Made by a program: the position numbers and the translations under genes | Assembly: GCA_002104905.1 (NCBI GenBank) | Contig: MCFE01000602.1 | Coordinates: 1 to 54,308, forward strand | Direction of reading: 5' to 3' | Source of the DNA: Basidiobolus meristosporus CBS 931.73 | Lineage: Eukaryota > Fungi > Basidiobolomycota | Length of the DNA stretch: 54,308 nt | Shown here: in pieces, positions 49,561-54,308 of the stretch | Position numbering within the stretch: the stretch's first letter is position 1 | Layout: each line of letters opens with the position of its first letter | Notes under the pieces: generated by a model | Seen by the model: only the letters and a program-made list of their open reading frames with translations | Database searches by the model: none | What the model was told of the DNA's origin: nothing

Positions 49561-51186
49561 TCATTGCTTAATAGTTATGCGACCATCAATAAGTGGAGTA
49601 ATGGTTCCCTTCTCTTTGATGTACTCGGTCAAACTTGCGTCGAATGTTTCCAGCTGGACGGGGTTTGCAGAAGGCACCGGCAAAATATTATCCCCACCGC
49701 TGACGACAAAATCTAAGGTAACAAAGCGATATACAGCATCAGGTTCGAGAGGCTCGAAGGCGGTCTTGTCTTTGGTGGCAACCTCTACTCCGCTAACTCT
49801 GGATCCTGCTGGAGCATTGGTGTCGATAGTAAATTTCATCCCGGACACTTGGATAAAGCTGGTCACTGGTTTGTCAAAAACCGAGTTAAAGCGACTAGCG
49901 ACTCCCTCCAACATGGTAAGAATTTCTTTCCCAGATAAGCTCATATCGGAAAGTGCGTTTCCAAATGGGGCAATTGTTAACACATCACGTACTTTGACAT
50001 CTCCAACATCAATACCCGCTCTAATTCCCCCAGAATTGATAAGGGCAAAGCGAACATCTTCGGACTCGCGGCGAGACCAGAGCATCGCGTCAGTGACCAA
50101 GTTTCCCGCAGTACATTCTTGGGTTTGGCAGGTGGCTTGATCAAATGATTCAGTGGCCTTTCCAATAACTACCTCCGCGAATTCATCGAAGGGCTTGCGC
50201 CACTGTTTCACAAGACGTTCGGTGCATCTATCTTTCGGGATCTTATGGTCAATGTAAATCGGTTCTCCACCGATGGCAGCAACTTTTCCTGATTTGTCAT
50301 AGTAGAGATTTACATGTCCAACGTATCTTCCCCAAGCCCAAGCTTGTACAACATATGTGTTCTCGTTCGCCAGATTCTTTACCGTGGTAGTGTAGGGTCC
50401 TTTAGATTGCAGATAATTTGGATCATTCCATGTGCTTGAGAGGTAGGTGTGACTGTGACCACCAACAATCAGATCAATCCCTTTAGTACGCCTAGCAAGA
50501 TCAATATCTTCTTGATAACCATTGTGACTAACGCAAATGATCTTTTTGATGCCTTTTCCACGCAGTTCATCAACATACTTCTGAACAGATATCGCTGGGT
50601 CGAAAAATGTGATGTTTGCAGCCTTGGGTGCAATGGATGCAGTAGTATTGGTAACATATCCAATGACACCCAAACTCTTCTTGGGGAAGATGTGATATGG
50701 CCTGATGGCCTCATTGAAAGCTTTCTCCTTATGAGCATCGATGTTCGAGCTTACTACCGGGAAATTGACCTGATGGATGAAATTGGCCAAGTGGTCTGGC
50801 CCATCATCGAATTCATGGTTGCCAACAGTCATCAGATCATACTTGAGCCGATTCATGATGTCGGCTGTCACATTGCCTTTGTAGAAGGTGTAGAATAAAG
50901 TTCCTTGGAATTGGTCACCAGCATCAAACAGGTAAAGATCCCGATATCTCTTGCGTAGACGGTCAATTACGGTCTTGATACGCGCGACTCCTCCCATGCA
51001 CAGCTTGTTCTCAATTTGTTCAGGGGTACAGTCGGTTCCGTACTTGTTGAATTCGTCAAGATGTGCATGGATATCATTGGTATGAACAATGGTGACTCGT
51101 TCCAAATTTTCTCGACGAAGCAGGGTAGCGGAGGCTGTTCCAACAAACAGAGAATAGACGGAAATCAGCAAGGCCCAATTTTTCAT
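49561..51186 (-). CDS. Secreted 5'-nucleotidase/apyrase (calcineurin-like metallophosphoesterase + 5'-nucleotidase C-terminal domain)
   Basis: Signal peptide, HTNDIH, DAGDQFQG, GNHEFD, SHNG, GGHSH, NSGGIR, PFGN and QVSG. Intronless 541 aa, no hydrophobic GPI tail. Confidence 0.95.
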   Translation of the reverse strand: MKNWALLISVYSLFVGTASATLLRRENLERVTIVHTNDIHAHLDEFNKYGTDCTPEQIENKLCMGGVARIKTVIDRLRKRYRDLYLFDAGDQFQGTLFYTFYKGNVTADIMNRLKYDLMTVGNHEFDDGPDHLANFIHQVNFPVVSSNIDAHKEKAFNEAIRPYHIFPKKSLGVIGYVTNTTASIAPKAANITFFDPAISVQKYVDELRGKGIKKIICVSHNGYQEDIDLARRTKGIDLIVGGHSHTYLSSTWNDPNYLQSKGPYTTTVKNLANENTYVVQAWAWGRYVGHVNLYYDKSGKVAAIGGEPIYIDHKIPKDRCTERLVKQWRKPFDEFAEVVIGKATESFDQATCQTQECTAGNLVTDAMLWSRRESEDVRFALINSGGIRAGIDVGDVKVRDVLTIAPFGNALSDMSLSGKEILTMLEGVASRFNSVFDKPVTSFIQVSGMKFTIDTNAPAGSRVSGVEVATKDKTAFEPLEPDAVYRFVTLDFVVSGGDNILPVPSANPVQLETFDASLTEYIKEKGTITPLIDGRITIKQ

Positions 51187-52089
51187 GCCTGAGAGCTTAG
51201 ATGGTGAAAGCAGGGGAAGTAGACTATTGATGACGGCTAGCCAGACACCAACGAATACTTATAGCCTTTGACACCAGTTGCGAGTATCCGCAAATAGGAT
51301 AAATTAAACTGCAGCTGGGCACTGTGGAAGCGATCATCAATAACACGGAACGCAACAGAACCTATCTTCAAGTGAAATTAAGTTCCATACTGACTAGAGA
51401 CTTTGATCGATCTTTGAGGCGACCAACCACCGTTTCCTTAGTGTGTCATAGTCCTGGCCCTCTTGCATGTACGGGACTGGGTACGAAAGTGGCTATATTT
51501 CGCAACATATATAGGCCCATGTTAAAGCGTTCATTAGTAGAGTACGTAGTGCCCACTCGATCCCTGTAAACTGCACGGAGTGGTGGCACAGCAAAGCAAA
51601 TACATTCATTCGATAAAGAGCCGTAGGGACCTCTAGAATCCAAGTGGGAGAGCCGGAAAGTTGGCAATGGCGAAGTATGATTGGGCATCGGATGACTGTT
51701 TATCCTTATTCCTACCATAAAAACCAAGTAGGCGATGTCCTAAATCAGCAAGAAGCAATTTTGTGGTTGTCAAGAAAATATTTTGGGCGCAAAATAGTAA
51801 CATTCGAAACTGTTGAATGTGCTGGTCCCAAAAATCCTTTCTGATACAAATAAACCCCTACCTTGGCGCCAATTTAGGCCAAAATCACCCTGTAAAACGC
51901 TCAGATGAAGCCATCACTTGTGTCAAATGATATTCACTGAGAAGTGCAATTTTGTGAGAGTAATGTGAAAAGTAGTGATCAAAACCACCACAAAATTTCT
52001 CACGCACAAAGGTTTGTTTGACATTTCCAGAACAATTCTTGGTCTAGAAAAAGACAAAGCGTGTTCCAAGACTAATAATCTATTATACA

Positions 52090-52108
52090 GTGTGTGTGTG
52101 TGTGTGTG
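52090..52108. repeat. (GT)n microsatellite, about 9 units
   Basis: Read directly. Confidence 0.9.
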
Positions 52109-52803
52109 GAGTACATATCGGGGGTCGTAGAATGGAGTAAAATATTGCACTAGAAGGTATAATCGTTCCCTTGTTGCCATGGGTGAACAGTGATTTTACG
52201 AGCGGGAAAAGCCGTCATTAGGTTCAAGTGTTATCAATATAATACCCAAAATTAGCGCCTCATCTTTGTAAGTGATACTTCTCGCTTAATTAGGTAAATC
52301 TTGATGAACAATTTGATATGCTGGGGCAAGGGCATAGCTCACGGATTCCCAGACCCAGGAATGGAACCTCATTGTAATTTGTTGACTTCTACTCAAAGAG
52401 GCCGTGGATTAGTCCTTAAAGTAGATGTTGGAAGTATTGGGAAACATGTAAATTACGTGATTCAAACCTAGTAATTTGTTGAATGTAAAAGTTACTTTAT
52501 GAAAAATAATTGGGTCCCGTGGGTGGATCTGATTCGCATCAGCCATGTTATAATACCAGCAGCTTGGAATTCTTGACCCTCACAACAAGGTTATGATGGG
52601 ATCTTGATGGTATTTTGCTGTCTAGACTGCCTAGTATAGTAGTAAAGTTGATGATAATTTGATGGCCTTATAACAAATTTCTCATGGCTTTGTAAAAGTT
52701 CTATTGCTGTTGTAAGAGTCTTCAAGGTGTTGGAAGTGATTACAAGAGCAACTAGATTATGTAGTCTTTGTTGTAAGAATTTGGAATTCCACCTAAATAT
52801 TCA

Positions 52804-53516
52804 CCTAACTTAGTCACTTAGATCATTACCTACAAATCTTAGAGAATACTGACCAAATTCCCTGCCAGGATTTACTTGCAATATTTTCACCAGAATATCA
52901 GGTACCCAGAACATGAAAATTCTCAAAGTTGTCCAAGCAGCTCAAACATTTCACAAATGCTCTCAAGAACTTTCTACATCTATTCTATATGTTTTTTATG
53001 TTGTAAGAGTCTTGGAGATATTGGAAGTGATTGGGAGGACAAGTAGATTATGTGCTTTTCACTTAATGATTTATTGAATGCAACGTAGTATTTATACTTT
53101 TACATGGTCTTGGCGTTACAAACATGTAGAATAGGTTAGGGAAGGTCCCAAGAACATGTGTGCAAAGTTTGGGGCTGTTTGGACAACTTTGATAATTTTC
53201 ATGTTCTGGGTGTTGTAAGAGTCTTGGAGATATTGGAAGCGATTGGGAGAACAAGTAGATTATGTGGTTTTCACTTAATGATTTATTGATTGTAAAAGTA
53301 GTATTTATACTTTTACCAAGTCTTGGCATAACAAACACGTAGAATAGGTTAAGGAAGGTCCCAAGAACATGTGTGCAAAGTTTGGGGCTGTTTGGACAAC
53401 TTTGAGAATTTTCATGTTCTGGGTACCTGGTATTTTGGTGAAAATATTCTAAGTAAATCCCGACAAGGAATTTGGTCAGTATTCTCTAGGATTTGAAGGT
53501 AATGATCTAAGTTAGG
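52804..53516. repeat. Subtelomeric fold-back: imperfect inverted repeat with ~180-190-bp arms (about 52804-52994 and 53335-53516)
   Basis: Left arm CTTAGATCATTACCTACAAATCTTAGAGAATACTGACCAAATTC...GGTACCCAGAACATGAAAATTCTCAAAGTTGTCCAA aligns by eye to the reverse complement of the right arm. Confidence 0.92.
52999..53423 (+). repeat. Tandem direct duplication, two ~212-bp units (52999-53210, 53211-53423), with a shorter degenerate copy at 52708-52762
   Basis: Both units start TGTTGTAAGAGTCTTGGAGATATTGGAAG and end AATTTTCATGTTCTGGG. Confidence 0.95.
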
Positions 53517-53523
53517 GTTAGGG
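53512..53523 (+). repeat. Interstitial telomeric seed (TTAGGG)2
   Basis: TTAGGGTTAGGG, about 520 bp inside the terminal tract. Confidence 0.85.
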
Positions 53524-53600
53524 GGAGGAAAGTCACCAAGTGATGAAATCTTTATTTACTTATGACAAGTATCTAAAGAAGCCAAGTTAATCTGAAGTAA

Positions 53601-53745
53601 TTCCTAGAAAGCTAGGTCTGAGAGATATCTTCCTGGTAAGCCAGGTCTGAGAGTTGAGAAGCTGAGTGGTACTATATTTCCTAGTTAGCTAGGTCTGAGA
53701 GAGGTTTCCTGGAAAGCCAGGCCTGAGAAGTGAGAATCTGAATAT
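53601..53745 (+). repeat. 77-bp-period tandem repeat built from AGCYAGGTCTGAGA subunits
   Basis: Units start TTCCTAG at 53601 and 53678. Four AGC(T/C)AGG(T/C)CTGAGA copies at 53610, 53639, 53687 and 53715. Confidence 0.85.
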
Positions 53746-53864
53746 ATCTGAGCTGAGTTATACTGGTTTGCGGTAGCTGAATTGTGGCCGGAATGGCCAG
53801 TAGACTGGGGGAACTGAGATGAAATTCTGGGCGATCACTGGCCAAATTTACTAGGCAAATCTGG

Positions 53865-53939
53865 CCAATTAGCATTTCAAGGATTTCAGCCAATCAGAGC
53901 CTTTACTTTGCCCAATGGTTGATCAAGCCATCTCCCAAT
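53865..53939 (+). promoter_or_regulatory. Array of four CCAAT boxes at 22-25-bp spacing
   Basis: CCAAT at 53865, 53890 (AGCCAATCAG context), 53912 and 53935. Function is inferred. Confidence 0.45.
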
Positions 53940-53968
53940 GAGCACACATCAATTTATTAATCAAATTT

Positions 53969-54040
53969 TGTTGGATCCAGGATTTGAACCCACAACCATG
54001 GGTATGGAAGGGTTAGGGATAACCACAAGGCTAAGTGTTC
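53969..54040 (-). other. tRNA-derived Pol III internal promoter element (A box + B box), not a foldable tRNA
   Basis: Minus strand TAGCCTTGTGG (54033-54023, one mismatch to TRGCNNAGYGG) and a perfect GGTTCAAATCC (53990-53980) at tRNA-like spacing. Acceptor and D stems do not pair. Confidence 0.55.
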
Positions 54041-54042
54041 TT

Positions 54043-54308
54043 GGTTAGGGTTAGGGTTAGGGTTAGGGTTAGGGTTAGGGTTAGGGTTAGGGTTAGGGTT
54101 AGGTTTAGGGTTAGGGTTAGGGTTAGGGTTAGGGTTAGGTTAGGGTTAGGGTTAGGGTTAGGGTTAGGGTTAGGGTTAGGGTTAGGTTAGGGTTAGGGTT
54201 AGGGTTAGGGTTAGGGTTAGGGTTAGGGTTAGGGTTAGGGTTAGGGTTAGGGTTAGGGTTAGGGTTAGGGTTAGGGTTAGGGTTAGGGTTAGGGTTAGGG
54301 TTAGGGTT
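54043..54308 (+). repeat. Telomere, (TTAGGG)n, about 44 units to the end of the window
   Basis: G-rich strand runs 5'->3' toward the window end, the orientation of a true right-hand chromosome end. Confidence 0.99.

Noticed and set aside
52804-53516. Classical MITE
   Set aside because: No target-site duplication at the arm ends and no recognisable superfamily terminus. Reported as a fold-back instead.
53601-53745. CRISPR-like array
   Set aside because: Eukaryotic context, only four short degenerate motifs, and the spacers are themselves repeated.
54010-54020. CCCTAACCCT as a telomerase RNA template
   Set aside because: It is only 10 nt, sits beside the telomere where such seeds are expected, and no pseudoknot or other telomerase RNA structure could be identified by eye.
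53969-54040. Functional tRNA gene next to the telomere
   Set aside because: The A and B boxes fit, but the acceptor stem (GAACACT vs ATCCAAC) and D stem do not pair and the T stem is weak. Kept only as a tRNA-derived element.
53524-54042. Hammerhead ribozyme, as found in Penelope-like pseudo-LTRs
   Set aside because: No CTGANGA core was found on either strand; the CTGAGA motifs do not fit the consensus.

Overview
This is the last 54 kb of a fungal chromosome arm. It ends in about 44 TTAGGG telomeric repeats on the + strand (54043-54308). Genes have short GT-AG introns, and the ubiquitin moiety is yeast-type. GCP5, BRD8, a TMCO6-like ARM protein and LITAF are present, so this is not a budding yeast; it is probably an early-diverging or Taphrinomycotina-type fungus, but the species cannot be determined. 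About 20 genes can be supported, in order: LITAF protein, gamma-tubulin complex GCP5, small membrane protein, TMA20, ERV46, spliced F-box/R3H protein, GPI-type Cys-rich protein, alginate-lyase-family lyase, AlkB dioxygenase, GT34, P1B ATPase, MIC26/27, USP, DUF952, OSH1-like OSBP, RPS31, importin-alpha/TMCO6-like, BRD8, WD40, OSCA/TMEM63 and a secreted 5'-nucleotidase. The 3-kb gene-free subtelomere is highly structured. It has a fold-back inverted repeat with an internal 212-bp duplication. Distal to that is a ~530-bp segment bounded by telomeric repeats on both sides, carrying a tRNA-like Pol III A/B-box head, a phased CCAAT array and a 77-bp tandem repeat. The main leads are: (1) this segment as a candidate SINE-like telomere-primed retroelement; (2) a Cu-type P1B ATPase with an intact catalytic core but a rewired metal pathway; (3) an F-box plus R3H fusion. 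All gene models were spliced by eye and all family assignments come from motif recognition; no database searches were run.
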